Of a stretch of 64,000 bases of DNA, positions 28,386 through 37,951 are shown piece by piece. The position numbers and the translations under genes are program-made. Each line of letters opens with the position of its first letter. Position 1 is the stretch's first letter. A model generated the notes under the pieces. It worked only from the letters and a program-made list of their open reading frames with translations, made no database searches and was not told where the DNA came from. This DNA is from an uncultured Chloroflexia bacterium (lineage in GTDB: Bacteria > Chloroflexota > Limnocylindria > Limnocylindrales > CSP1-4), in assembly GCA_963720755.1 (NCBI GenBank), contig CAVRGP010000015.1, forward strand, positions 224,001 through 288,000. The letters are read 5' to 3'.

Positions 28386-28451
28386 CAGGGTAGACCCTGC
28401 CGGCGTTCGCGGGTGGTCCCCGATGCCGGTACGCGGCTCCGGCCAGAGGCT
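28386..28451 (+). promoter_or_regulatory. Response-regulator box promoter 2: CAGGG-TAGA-CCCTG-N10-CGGGTGGTCCCCGATG-N20-GAGGCT
   Basis: Conserved motif upstream of the ABC operon. Overlaps the hairpin CCCTGCCCGG-CGA-CCGGGCAGGG that follows the kinase gene. Confidence 0.7.
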
Positions 28452-28493
28452 TGTGGCATGCCAAACCAACCCTCGGAGCAAGGAGTCCCACCG

Positions 28494-29444
28494 ATGACGA
28501 ACGCCATCTCGACGGTCGGCCTGACCAAGCACTATCGCGACGTCCCGGCCCTGACCGACCTCACCCTCGACGTGCCCGCTGGCACGATCTTCGGCTTCCT
28601 CGGCCCGAACGGGGCCGGCAAGACGACGGCACTGAAGGTGCTTGCCGGCCTGACCCGTGCAACGGCTGGCAGCGCCACCATCGCCGGAGTCCCGGTATCG
28701 GCCGCGGGCGACCACCGCCGACATCTCGGCTACCTGTCACAGGATCCGCGCTTCTACGGCTGGATGACCGGTCGCGAGACGCTGCGCCATGTCGCTCGCT
28801 ACCGCGCCCGCGACGATGGACGCGAAGCGCGCATCGACGCGCTTCTGAAGCGGGTCGGACTCGCGGATGCCGGGGACCGCCCGACTGCCGGCTATTCGGG
28901 CGGGATGCGCCAGCGACTGGGCATCGCCCAGGCCCTGGTGGGGAACCCCGCGGTCATCCTCCTCGACGAGCCCGTCTCGGCGCTCGATCCCATCGGCCGC
29001 AAGGACGTCCTGGACCTCATGCGTGAGCTCAAGGGCGAGACCACGGTCTTCTATTCGACCCACATCCTCGACGACGTCCAGCGGGTCAGCGACCACGTCG
29101 CGATCCTCGATCACGGCCGGCTCGTCAAGGCGGCACCGACCCAGGTCCTGCTGTCGTCATTCACCCAGAACGTCCTGCGGGTCGTCGTTGATGACGCCGG
29201 GCCCGAGACTGCGGCAGGGATCCGGGCGATCCCGGGCGTCGCCTCGGTCGCGCTCATCGCCGAGGTACCCGGACGGACCACCTACGACGTCGGTACCCGC
29301 GAGGGTGCCACCGTCGACGTCCAGCGCTCGATCACGAGGTTCGCGGTCGACGCCGGACTGACCCTCATCAGCAACCAGCCGGAAACGCTCGATCTTGAAA
29401 GCGTCTTCCTGCGCCTCATCGATCAGAAGGAGGTGGCGGCATGA
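28494..29444 (+). CDS. ABC-2 type exporter ATP-binding protein
   Basis: GPNGAGKTT, YSGGMRQRLGIAQAL, LLDEP, STH. Confidence 0.93.
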   Translation: MTNAISTVGLTKHYRDVPALTDLTLDVPAGTIFGFLGPNGAGKTTALKVLAGLTRATAGSATIAGVPVSAAGDHRRHLGYLSQDPRFYGWMTGRETLRHVARYRARDDGREARIDALLKRVGLADAGDRPTAGYSGGMRQRLGIAQALVGNPAVILLDEPVSALDPIGRKDVLDLMRELKGETTVFYSTHILDDVQRVSDHVAILDHGRLVKAAPTQVLLSSFTQNVLRVVVDDAGPETAAGIRAIPGVASVALIAEVPGRTTYDVGTREGATVDVQRSITRFAVDAGLTLISNQPETLDLESVFLRLIDQKEVAA

Positions 29445-30244
29445 CCGCCCGTTTCATCACCATCGAGTCTCCATCCGTGAACGAGCCCGCCGGCGGGATG
29501 TTCCTCGGCTTCGGCAACACGTTGCGCAAGGAGCTCGCCGAGTGGCTGCACGGCCCCAAGATCCTCGTGATCGCGGGTCTGTCGATCGCCATCGCGATCT
29601 TCACGACGATGCTCACCCGGATCGAGCAGGCGACGGTCGAAGGCGGATACGCCCTCGACGTGTCGACCGATCCGACGGCCAACGTGCTGCTCGGCTGGAG
29701 CGGCCAGGTCGTCGCCCTGATGGCGATCATCGCGACGATGACCATCATCTCGGTCGAACGCGATCGAGGAACGCTCGCCTGGAGCCTGACCAATCCGGTC
29801 TCGCCGACGAGCATCCTCGCAGCGAAGTTCGCAGCCTCGATGATCGTCTTCAGCCTGGTCGCCGTGATCCTGCCGATGACAGTGGCGGTCGGCGTGGCGA
29901 CGGTCGCCTATGGATCCCTGCCGGACCTCGAGGTGGTCGGATCGTTCACCGTCCTGTTCCTCGCGGTGCCGGCCCTGTTCCTGTCCCTGACGATCGGTCT
30001 CGGGGCGGGTATCCGCTCCACGGCCGGGATCGCAGCGGTCGCGCTCGCGGTCCTGTTCGTGCCGCAGATGCTGGGCGGTATGGTGCCGTGGTTGGACGAG
30101 CTGTCGCCGACCGCCATCGGACGGTGGGCGCAGGCGGTCGTCGTGGGGGAACCGGCCCCGTTGACGATCCCTATCAGCTGGCTGGTCTCGATGCTGGTGA
30201 TCGTCGTCGGCGCGAAGCTGGTGTTCGATCGACAGGAGTTCTGA
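29441..30244 (+). CDS. ABC-2 type exporter permease
   Basis: Six TM helices, ISVERDRGTLAWSLTNPVS..ILAAKF. Coupled to the ATPase. Confidence 0.88.
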   Translation: MTARFITIESPSVNEPAGGMFLGFGNTLRKELAEWLHGPKILVIAGLSIAIAIFTTMLTRIEQATVEGGYALDVSTDPTANVLLGWSGQVVALMAIIATMTIISVERDRGTLAWSLTNPVSPTSILAAKFAASMIVFSLVAVILPMTVAVGVATVAYGSLPDLEVVGSFTVLFLAVPALFLSLTIGLGAGIRSTAGIAAVALAVLFVPQMLGGMVPWLDELSPTAIGRWAQAVVVGEPAPLTIPISWLVSMLVIVVGAKLVFDRQEF

Positions 30245-30280
30245 TCGACCGGGGCCGGCGCGGTCGGCCTCGCCACTCAG

Positions 30281-30313
30281 TGACGGCCGGTGCATCGCCT
30301 GCACCGGCCGTCA
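30281..30313 (+). terminator. Hairpin TGACGGCCGGTGCA-TCGCC-TGCACCGGCCGTCA
   Basis: Perfect 14-bp inverted repeat after the permease stop codon. Confidence 0.55.
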
Positions 30314-30348
30314 GTCCGTGTCCGCAGCCCCTCGTACCACCGGCCGGG

Positions 30349-30414
30349 CAGGGCTAGCCCTGCTGAGAGTCTCGGGTGCGCCCCGATGGCACGCGACGGT
30401 CCGGACCCGACCCT
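30349..30414 (+). promoter_or_regulatory. Response-regulator box promoter 3: CAGGG-CTAG-CCCTG-N10-CGGGTGCGCCCCGATG-N20-GACCCT
   Basis: Same motif and spacing as the sites at 22926 and 28386. Confidence 0.7.
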
Positions 30415-30464
30415 GTGGGCACGCAGCCGGTCGATGGGATCGGCCGACAGACGGGAGGGACATC

Positions 30465-31631
30465 ATGCGGATGCTCCGCGAACTCGGTCGACGCAGGCTC
30501 CGGACGAGCCTGACCATCGTCGGCATCGCCATCGGGATCTGGGCGCTCGTCGTGTTCAGTGCGATGGCCAACAAGATCAACGCGCTGGTCGACGGCGGGA
30601 GTGAGTACTACGCCAACAAGATCGCGGTCAGCGACGGTGGGCTGGCTGGCTTCGGTGGTGCTCCGATGCAGCTCAGCCTGCTCGACACGCTGTCCACTGT
30701 CGAGGGCGTCGATGTGGTCGTTCCGAGCGTCAGCATGCTGGCCGAGAACGTCGCCGGCGTGTCGTTCGGGACTCCTGAACAGATCGTGGCCACGCCGATC
30801 GGCGCCGACCAGGGTCGTGAGACGGTCAAGCTGCATCTGGCGTCCGGTCGCGACCTGGAGGCCACCGACGAGGGCCATGACGTCGCCGTGCTGGGCTCGA
30901 CCTTCGCCAGCAAGCACCACGTCGTGGTCGGTGACGAGGTCACGACCCACGGTCGCTCGTTGGAGGTCGTCGGGATCCTGGAACCGACGCTGACCAGTCC
31001 GGACACCACGGTCATCGTCCCGTTCACCACGGCCCAGGACCTGCTCCACGAGGACCTGCCCCCGGTGATCCGCGATCGGGTCGCTGCTGCGGACATCGCC
31101 AGCCAGTTCATCGTCTACCCGGCGCCGGGCTCGGACCATCGGGCCGTCGCCACCGCCATCGAGGCGGCGCTGCCCGACCTGTCGGCGATGACCGGTGCGG
31201 AGTACGACCAGGCTATCGGCAGCTCGGTCAGCATCTTCAACGCCGTGATCATCGGGATCGGCCTGATCGCCCTGCTCGTTGGTGGCATGTCGATCATCAA
31301 CACGATGGCGATGTCGATCGCCGAGCGGACCCGCGAGATCGGCGTCCGTCGGGCGATCGGCGCCAGCCGGCGACGGGTCGTCCGTGAACTGATCGCCGAA
31401 GCCGGCGTGATCGGCGCCATCGGCGGCCTGATCGGCATCGCGTTCGGCGTCATCGTCGTCCTCCTTGCCAACGAGGCAGGACGGGCCGCCGGCACGGTCC
31501 TGTTCGAGCTGACGCCGGGGACTGTCCTCTTCGCCTTCGCGTTTTCCACGATCCTCGGCGTGATCGCCGGGATCTTCCCCGCCTGGAGCGCGGCCCGGCT
31601 CGACCCGGTCACCGCCCTCCGCTACGAATAG
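30465..31631 (+). CDS. MacB/FtsX-family ABC transporter permease
   Basis: RTSLTIVGIAIG, GGMSIINTMAMSIAERTREIGVRRAIGA, PAWSAARLDPVTALRYE. Confidence 0.92.
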   Translation: MRMLRELGRRRLRTSLTIVGIAIGIWALVVFSAMANKINALVDGGSEYYANKIAVSDGGLAGFGGAPMQLSLLDTLSTVEGVDVVVPSVSMLAENVAGVSFGTPEQIVATPIGADQGRETVKLHLASGRDLEATDEGHDVAVLGSTFASKHHVVVGDEVTTHGRSLEVVGILEPTLTSPDTTVIVPFTTAQDLLHEDLPPVIRDRVAAADIASQFIVYPAPGSDHRAVATAIEAALPDLSAMTGAEYDQAIGSSVSIFNAVIIGIGLIALLVGGMSIINTMAMSIAERTREIGVRRAIGASRRRVVRELIAEAGVIGAIGGLIGIAFGVIVVLLANEAGRAAGTVLFELTPGTVLFAFAFSTILGVIAGIFPAWSAARLDPVTALRYE

Positions 31632-31640
31632 GAGTCCGAG

Positions 31641-32363
31641 ATGACCATCCTGGAAGCCACCAACCTGCGCAAGTCGTACAAGCTGTCCCGGACCAATGTG
31701 ATCGAGGCCCTCCAGGGCGTCGACATCTCGATCGACGAAGGCGAGATGGTCGCGATCATGGGTCCGTCCGGTTGCGGGAAGTCGACCCTGATGCACGTCC
31801 TTGGCCTGCTCCACTCGCCCGACGAGGCGGACGGACCGGCCCCGGACCTCCGGTTCGGCGGACGGTCGATGATCGGCCTGTCGGATACGGAGCGGACCCG
31901 GATCCGGGCGACGGACATCGGCTTCGTCTTCCAGTCGTTCAACCTCGTCTCGACGCTGTCGGCGGCCGAAAACGTGGCCCTCGCGGCCGAATACGCCGGA
32001 TCGTCCCGGGCACAGGCCCGGACGGTTGCGCTCGAGTCACTCCACCTCGTCGGTCTCCGCGACCGGGCGGGTCACCGCCCGGCCGAGCTGTCGGGTGGTG
32101 AGCAGCAGCGTGTCGCCATCGCCCGGGCGCTCGTCAACCGGCCGCGCCTGGTCATCGGGGACGAGCCGACCGGCAACCTCGACAGCGCCCGGTCGGCTGC
32201 GGTCCTCGGACTGTTGCGTCGACTGAACCGTGAGTCGGGTCAGACCTTCATCATCGTGACCCACGATCCCGCGGTCGGGGCGGCCTGCGACCGGACGATC
32301 CGGATGCGGGACGGACGCGTCCTCACCGACGTCGATGCCGCCGAGCTTGCGATAGCCTCCTGA
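31641..32363 (+). CDS. MacB/LolD-family ABC transporter ATP-binding protein
   Basis: GPSGCGKST, IGFVFQSFNL, LSGGEQQRVAIARAL, DEPTGNLD, VTHD. Confidence 0.93.
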   Translation: MTILEATNLRKSYKLSRTNVIEALQGVDISIDEGEMVAIMGPSGCGKSTLMHVLGLLHSPDEADGPAPDLRFGGRSMIGLSDTERTRIRATDIGFVFQSFNLVSTLSAAENVALAAEYAGSSRAQARTVALESLHLVGLRDRAGHRPAELSGGEQQRVAIARALVNRPRLVIGDEPTGNLDSARSAAVLGLLRRLNRESGQTFIIVTHDPAVGAACDRTIRMRDGRVLTDVDAAELAIAS

Positions 32364-32378
32364 CCGCGCTCGGCGACG

Positions 32379-32409
32379 CGCCCGGGTCCGGCACTGCCGG
32401 ACCCGGGCG
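32379..32409 (+). terminator. Hairpin CGCCCGGGTCCGGCA-C-TGCCGGACCCGGGCG
   Basis: Perfect 15-bp inverted repeat closing the ABC operon. Confidence 0.55.
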
Positions 32410-32499
32410 TTGCCATGTGGTCAAGGCGCGGGTCAGCATGCAGGCGCGGTCGCTGGACACCCATGAACCGCTCGCGCCCGATGGTGGGAAGATGGCTCG

Positions 32500-33906
32500 G
32501 TGATGCAACGGATCGCGACCGTCGTCCTCGCCGCGGGGGTCGGGTCGCGGTTCGGGGGCGGGAAGGTGCTCGCCCGGCTCGGGGGGAAACCGCTCCTGCA
32601 GCACGTCCTCGATACGCTGGCGGCGGCCGGGTTGACCGAGGTCGCGGTCGTGCTCGGCGACGACGCGCCGGCGGTCGAGTCCGCGATCTCCTGGCGGGCC
32701 GAACGGCGGATCGTCAATCCGCGGCCGGATGACGGTCTGTCGAGTTCGCTCCGCCTGGGGATGGACATGGTCCGTGGCGACGCATCCGCCGTCTTGATCG
32801 TTCTGGGCGACCAGCCGTTGCTCTCGGTCGACGTCATCGCGTCGCTCATCGGGGCCGCGGGGGACGAGGCCCGGCCGATCGTGGTGCCGGGGTTCGACCA
32901 TGGGCGTGGACGAAATCCCGTTCTGATCGGGCGATCCGCGTTCGGCATCGTGGCCGACGCGACCGGCGACCGCGGGCTGGGTCCGATCATCGACGCCCAT
33001 CCCGACCGAGTGCTCGTCGTGCGCGTCCCGGGAGATAATCCGGACGTGGACACGCAAGCCGATCTTGCCAGCGTCGCCGAGGAGGCGTGGGCATCCCGGG
33101 TCCGGGCCAATCGCGATCAGGTCGATCGGGTGCGCGAGGTCCCCGACGGCACCGACTTCTATGCGCCCGTCAGTTCGATGTTCCGGGCCGACCCGACGAG
33201 GACTGACGACCCGGTCCTCGATCTCCTCCTCGGGATGACCCGACCGGGCAAATCCTGGCTCGACATCGGCGCTGGCGCCGGTCGATATGCCCTCCCGGTG
33301 GCGCGTGCGCTCGCTCCATCTGGTGGCCGGGTCATCGCGCTCGATGCGTCGGCGTCGATGCTCGGCGCCTTGCGAGAGATCGCCGAGGACCACGGGATCG
33401 AGAATGTCACGACGATCGAAAGTCGCTGGCCGCCGTCAGACCTTCGGCCCGCGGAACTCGCCGCCGATGTCGCCCTGATCGCCCACGTGGGATATGACAT
33501 CGAGGCGATCGGACCCTTCCTCGACGCGATGGAGGCGGCAGCGGGTCGCGCCTGCGTGGCGGTCATGATGGAGCAGATGCCGGCCTCGGCCGCCGATCCG
33601 TTCTGGCCCCCCGTGCACGGCGAGTCCCGAGCGGCCCTGCCCGCCCTGCCCGATCTGATCGACCTGCTCGTCGCTCGTGGGCGCCACCCGACCGTCCAGT
33701 GGGTGGCGGCCGAGACGCGCCGCTACGAATCCCGCGACTCGCTCGCCGCATTCGCGGTCCGTCAGCTCTGGATCGACCCGGCGGGCCCGAAGGGCGAGGC
33801 GCTGCGATCGACCCTCGACGACCTGGCCGTCGAGGACGATCAGGGGTGGACCATCCGCGGTCGCGGCCCGATCGATCTCGGGGTCGTCACCTGGGAACCG
33901 GGCTGA
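32500..33906 (+). CDS. Fusion: MocA/MobA-like molybdenum cofactor cytidylyltransferase (NTP_transf_3) plus class I SAM-dependent methyltransferase
   Basis: N-terminal LAAGVGSRFGGGKVLA, LGDQP, NPVL, DVDT. C-terminal WLDIGAGAGRYA...ALDASASML. Confidence 0.82.
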   Translation: MMQRIATVVLAAGVGSRFGGGKVLARLGGKPLLQHVLDTLAAAGLTEVAVVLGDDAPAVESAISWRAERRIVNPRPDDGLSSSLRLGMDMVRGDASAVLIVLGDQPLLSVDVIASLIGAAGDEARPIVVPGFDHGRGRNPVLIGRSAFGIVADATGDRGLGPIIDAHPDRVLVVRVPGDNPDVDTQADLASVAEEAWASRVRANRDQVDRVREVPDGTDFYAPVSSMFRADPTRTDDPVLDLLLGMTRPGKSWLDIGAGAGRYALPVARALAPSGGRVIALDASASMLGALREIAEDHGIENVTTIESRWPPSDLRPAELAADVALIAHVGYDIEAIGPFLDAMEAAAGRACVAVMMEQMPASAADPFWPPVHGESRAALPALPDLIDLLVARGRHPTVQWVAAETRRYESRDSLAAFAVRQLWIDPAGPKGEALRSTLDDLAVEDDQGWTIRGRGPIDLGVVTWEPG

Positions 33907-33938
33907 CCGGCGGGTCGACCGGCACGACACGGTCTACG

Positions 33939-33968
33939 TTGACGCCCGGCTGATACCGGGTCGATACT
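33939..33968 (+). promoter_or_regulatory. Putative sigma70 promoter of coxMSL (TTGACG-N18-GATACT)
   Basis: Near-consensus hexamers about 150 nt upstream of coxM. Confidence 0.55.
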
Positions 33969-34120
33969 GTTCGGCAACGCTTCCCCCGAGTCGCGGACCC
34001 TCCTCCGTCGCTGTCAAGGACACCGCGAGGGACCGTGGTCGTCGCCAACCGCTCTGCGCCCATCCGGGCCGGATGGGCCGACATCGAACCCGCCCGCGGC
34101 GGGGAGGAGGTCCCAGCGCG

Positions 34121-34996
34121 ATGATTCCAGCCCAATTCGATTACGTCCGACCGGCGAATCTCGACGAGGTGTTGCGGATCCTCAAGGATCGGGAAGGGGA
34201 AGCGAAGATCCTGTCCGGGGGCTACAGCCTCCTGCCCCTGATCAAGCTCCGGCTCGCGCAGCCGGCCCTGCTCGTCGACCTCCGCGACATCGACGGCATG
34301 GACACCATCATCGAGACCGACGATGACCTGCGGATCGGGGGACGGGCGACCCATCGCCAGATCCACGAATCGGCGATCGTCGCCGACCACTACCCGCTTC
34401 TTCGCGACGTGACCGCGGTCATCGGCGATCCCCAGGTGCGCAACTGGGGCACGATCGGTGGGTCGGTCGCCCATGCCGATCCGGCCTCGGACTGGCCGGC
34501 CGTCCTCCTCGCGACGCGCGCCTCGCTGGTCTGTCGGAGCCAGGCGGGCGAGCGTACGGTCGCGGCGCGCGACTTCTTCGTCGACACGTTCCAGACCGCC
34601 ATCGAGCCGACCGAAGTGCTGACCGAGGTCCGGTTGCCCAGGCGCCCGCCGGGCGCCGGGGGCGCCTACGAGAAGCTGGAGCGCAAGGTCGGTGACTTCG
34701 CGACCGTCGCCGTGGCCGCGTTCGTCGCCCTCGGCCCGGATGGCCGGATCAAGCGGGCCGGGATCGGGATCACCGGTGTCGCCGAGGCGCCCTTCGCCGC
34801 GACCGATGCCGAGGCGGTCCTCGAAGGCAAGGCACCATCCGACGCCCTGTTCCGGGAAGCCGGTGCCGCCGCCGGGGAGCAGAGTCGCCCGTTCGGCGAT
34901 GTTCGCGGTCCGGTCGAGTACAAACGAGCGATGGCGGCCGAGTTGACGCTCAGAGCCCTTCGACGCGCCACCGAGCGCGCGCAAGCGTACGCGTAA
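34121..34996 (+). CDS. coxM: Aerobic CO dehydrogenase medium (FAD) subunit
   Basis: [56 protein letters not shown] gene order. Confidence 0.93.
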   Translation: MIPAQFDYVRPANLDEVLRILKDREGEAKILSGGYSLLPLIKLRLAQPALLVDLRDIDGMDTIIETDDDLRIGGRATHRQIHESAIVADHYPLLRDVTAVIGDPQVRNWGTIGGSVAHADPASDWPAVLLATRASLVCRSQAGERTVAARDFFVDTFQTAIEPTEVLTEVRLPRRPPGAGGAYEKLERKVGDFATVAVAAFVALGPDGRIKRAGIGITGVAEAPFAATDAEAVLEGKAPSDALFREAGAAAGEQSRPFGDVRGPVEYKRAMAAELTLRALRRATERAQAYA

Positions 34997-35007
34997 GGAG
35001 GCCACCG

Positions 35008-35520
35008 ATGACGACCCAGCGCATTTCGGTCACGGTCAATGGCGAGACCCACGAATCGGACGTCGAGCCTCGCCTCCTGCTCGTCCACTACATCCGCGAC
35101 ACGCTCGGCCTGACCGGCACCCACGTCGGCTGCGACACGAGCAATTGTGGCGCCTGCACCGTCCACGTCGATGGGAACAGCGCCAAGTCCTGCACGATGC
35201 TCGCCGTCCAGGCCGATGGCCGGGAGATCACGACGATCGAGGGGATGGCCACCGAGCCGACGCTTCACCCGCTCCAGCAGGCCTTCTGGGATCAGCACGG
35301 GCTGCAATGCGGGTTCTGCACCCCGGGCATGATCATGCAGTCAGCCTGGCTCCTCGCCGAGAACCCCGACCCGACCGAGCAGGAGATACGTGAGGGCATC
35401 AGCGGCAACCTGTGCCGCTGCACGGGGTACGTGAACATCGTGAAGTCCATCCAGCAGGCGGCCGCGGAGATGGCCGCCGCCGCCGAGACCCAGACCGGTT
35501 CGCCGGTCGCGGCCGGCTGA
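35008..35520 (+). CDS. coxS: Aerobic CO dehydrogenase small (2Fe-2S) subunit
   Basis: [28 protein letters not shown]. Confidence 0.94.
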   Translation: MTTQRISVTVNGETHESDVEPRLLLVHYIRDTLGLTGTHVGCDTSNCGACTVHVDGNSAKSCTMLAVQADGREITTIEGMATEPTLHPLQQAFWDQHGLQCGFCTPGMIMQSAWLLAENPDPTEQEIREGISGNLCRCTGYVNIVKSIQQAAAEMAAAAETQTGSPVAAG

Positions 35521-35535
35521 GCGGGGAGTGACGAG

Positions 35536-37920
35536 ATGACGACACAGGCAGAGCCCCGTACCAGCGCCGCGATCGGTGGCATGGGTCACTCGGTCAAGCG
35601 CAAGGAGGACCCGCGGTTCATCCGCGGCCAGGGCGAATACATCGAAGACGTGAACCTGCCCGGCCAGTTGTGGCTGGACATCGTCCGCAGTCCGTATGCC
35701 CACGCCAAGATCAAGAGCATCGACGCATCCGAGGCCCTCAAGATCCCGGGCGTCGCCGCCGTCGTGACCGGCAAGGACCTGGAGGGCTACAAGCTCCACT
35801 GGATGCCGACGCTGGCGGGCGACATGCAGATGGTGCTCCCCGTGGACACCGTGATGTACCAGGCACAGGAGGTCGCGGCCGTCATCGCGACCTCCCGCTA
35901 CGCCGCCGCCGATGGTGTGGCCGCCGTCCTCGTGGACTACGAGCCGCTGCCGGTGATCGTGGACCCGTTCAAGGCGCTCGAGCCCGACGCGTTCGTCCTC
36001 CGGCCGGACCGTGGCCCGGACAAGCAGACCAACCATATCTGGCACTGGGAATCCGGCGACCGGGAGGCGACCGACGCCGATCTCGCCGCGGCCGAGGTCC
36101 ACCTCGAGCAGGACATCTATATCCCGCGGATCCACGTCGCCTCGATCGAGACGTGCGGCTGCGTGGCAGATTGGGATCCGGTCCGCGAGCAGCTCACCCT
36201 CCACATGACGTCACAGGCGCCCCACGCCATCCGGACGGTCCTGGCCCTCGTCGCCGCCGGAGCAGGCCTGCCGATCTCGGAGCAGAACATCCGGGTCAAG
36301 ACGCACGACATCGGCGGTGGCTTCGGGGGCAAGGTGCCGGTGTATCCGGGCTACGTCCTGGCCGTCGCCGCGTCATTCCTGACCGGAAAGCCGGTCAAGT
36401 GGATCGAGGATCGCTCGGAGAACCTCCAGGCTGACTCGTTCGCCCGCGACTACCACATGCACGTCGAGATCGGCGCGACCAAGGCCGGCAAGATCACCTC
36501 GCTCAAGGCGAAGACGATCGCCGACCACGGCTACACGGACGCGGCCGCGGACCCGTCCAAGTATCCGGCCGGCCTGTTCAACGTCATCACCGGGTCGTAC
36601 GACTTCCCGAACGCGTTCGTCGAGGTCGACGGCGTCTACACCAACAAGCCGCCTGGGGGCGTCGCCTACCGCTGCTCCTTCCGGGTGACCGAGGCGGTCC
36701 ACGCGGTCGAGCGGATCGTGGACATCCTGGCCCACGAGATCGGCAAGGATCCGGCCCAGCTCCGGATGGAGAACTTCATCCAGCCCGAGCAGTTCCCGTA
36801 CAAGACACCGACCGGCTGGTCGTACGACTCCGGGAACTACCCGGCGGCGCTCCAGCTGGCCATGGACATGATCGACTACCCCGGGCTTCGCAAGGAGCAG
36901 GCGGAGAAGCGCGCCAAGGGCGAGCTCATGGGCATCGGCATCAGCAGCTTCACCGAGATCGTCGGGGCCGGGCCGTCGCACGACTTCGACATCCTCGGCA
37001 TCAAGATGTTCGATTCGTGCGAGATCCGGGTCCACCCGACCGGCAAGGTCATCGCCCGGATCGGTGTCCAGTCCCAGGGCCAGGGCCACGAGACGACGTT
37101 CGCCCAGATCATCTCCGAGGAGCTCGGCTTCCCGGTCGGTGACATCAAGATCGAGTACGGCGACACGGACACGGCACCGTACGGCCTGGGCACCTACGCG
37201 TCGCGGTCGACGCCGGTCGCCGGGGCCGCGACGGCGATGGCCGCTCGCAAGATCCAGGCAAAGGCCCGGAAGCTTGCTGCGCACCTGCTCGAAGCCAACG
37301 AGGACGATCTCGAGTGGGAGCCCGGCAAGTTCAGCGTCAAGGGCTCGCCCGACCGCTTCAAGACGATCCAGGAGATCGCCTTCGCGGCCTACACCAACCA
37401 TCCGCAGGGGATGGAGGCCGGCCTGGAGGCGGTCGACTATTACGACCCGCCGAACCTGACCTTCCCGTTCGGTAGCTACATCTGCGTCGTCGATATCGAC
37501 AAGGGGACCGGCCAGGTCCACGTCCGTCGGTTCGTCGCCGTGGACGACTGCGGCAACATCATCAATCCGATGATCGTGGACGGCCAGATCCACGGCGGCC
37601 TGACCATGGGTCTCGCTCCGTCGCTGTACGAGCAGATCACCTACGACGAACTCGGCAACAACATGGCCGGCACGTTCATGGACTACCTCCTTCCGACCGC
37701 GGTCGAGGTCCCGTCATGGGAGACCGGCAAGACGACCACCCCGTCGCCGCATCATCCGATCGGTGCCAAGGGGGTCGGCGAGTCGGCCACGGTCGGGGCG
37801 CCGCCCGCCATCGCCAACGCGGTGGTGGACGCGCTCTGGCATCTCGGCGTTCGCAACGTCGACATCCCGATGACGCCCCAGAAGATCTGGGCCATCCTCC
37901 ACGAGAAGGGGATCAGTTGA
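35536..37920 (+). CDS. coxL: Aerobic Mo-Cu CO dehydrogenase large subunit, form I
   Basis: Diagnostic [12 protein letters not shown] loop (Cu-ligating Cys), [28 protein letters not shown]. Confidence 0.97.
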   Translation: MTTQAEPRTSAAIGGMGHSVKRKEDPRFIRGQGEYIEDVNLPGQLWLDIVRSPYAHAKIKSIDASEALKIPGVAAVVTGKDLEGYKLHWMPTLAGDMQMVLPVDTVMYQAQEVAAVIATSRYAAADGVAAVLVDYEPLPVIVDPFKALEPDAFVLRPDRGPDKQTNHIWHWESGDREATDADLAAAEVHLEQDIYIPRIHVASIETCGCVADWDPVREQLTLHMTSQAPHAIRTVLALVAAGAGLPISEQNIRVKTHDIGGGFGGKVPVYPGYVLAVAASFLTGKPVKWIEDRSENLQADSFARDYHMHVEIGATKAGKITSLKAKTIADHGYTDAAADPSKYPAGLFNVITGSYDFPNAFVEVDGVYTNKPPGGVAYRCSFRVTEAVHAVERIVDILAHEIGKDPAQLRMENFIQPEQFPYKTPTGWSYDSGNYPAALQLAMDMIDYPGLRKEQAEKRAKGELMGIGISSFTEIVGAGPSHDFDILGIKMFDSCEIRVHPTGKVIARIGVQSQGQGHETTFAQIISEELGFPVGDIKIEYGDTDTAPYGLGTYASRSTPVAGAATAMAARKIQAKARKLAAHLLEANEDDLEWEPGKFSVKGSPDRFKTIQEIAFAAYTNHPQGMEAGLEAVDYYDPPNLTFPFGSYICVVDIDKGTGQVHVRRFVAVDDCGNIINPMIVDGQIHGGLTMGLAPSLYEQITYDELGNNMAGTFMDYLLPTAVEVPSWETGKTTTPSPHHPIGAKGVGESATVGAPPAIANAVVDALWHLGVRNVDIPMTPQKIWAILHEKGIS

Positions 37921-37951
37921 CCGACGGTCACGGGACCGACGGGACCACCTG

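Noticed and set aside
17872-32409. Intergenic hairpins (17872, 23590, 28368, 30281, 32379) as a REP/MITE family
   Set aside because: They share no primary sequence and each follows a stop codon, which fits terminators or stabilising stems.
22870-32500. Mobile element or genomic island boundaries for the TCS/ABC cassette
   Set aside because: No integrase, transposase, tRNA target, terminal repeats or obvious compositional shift was seen.
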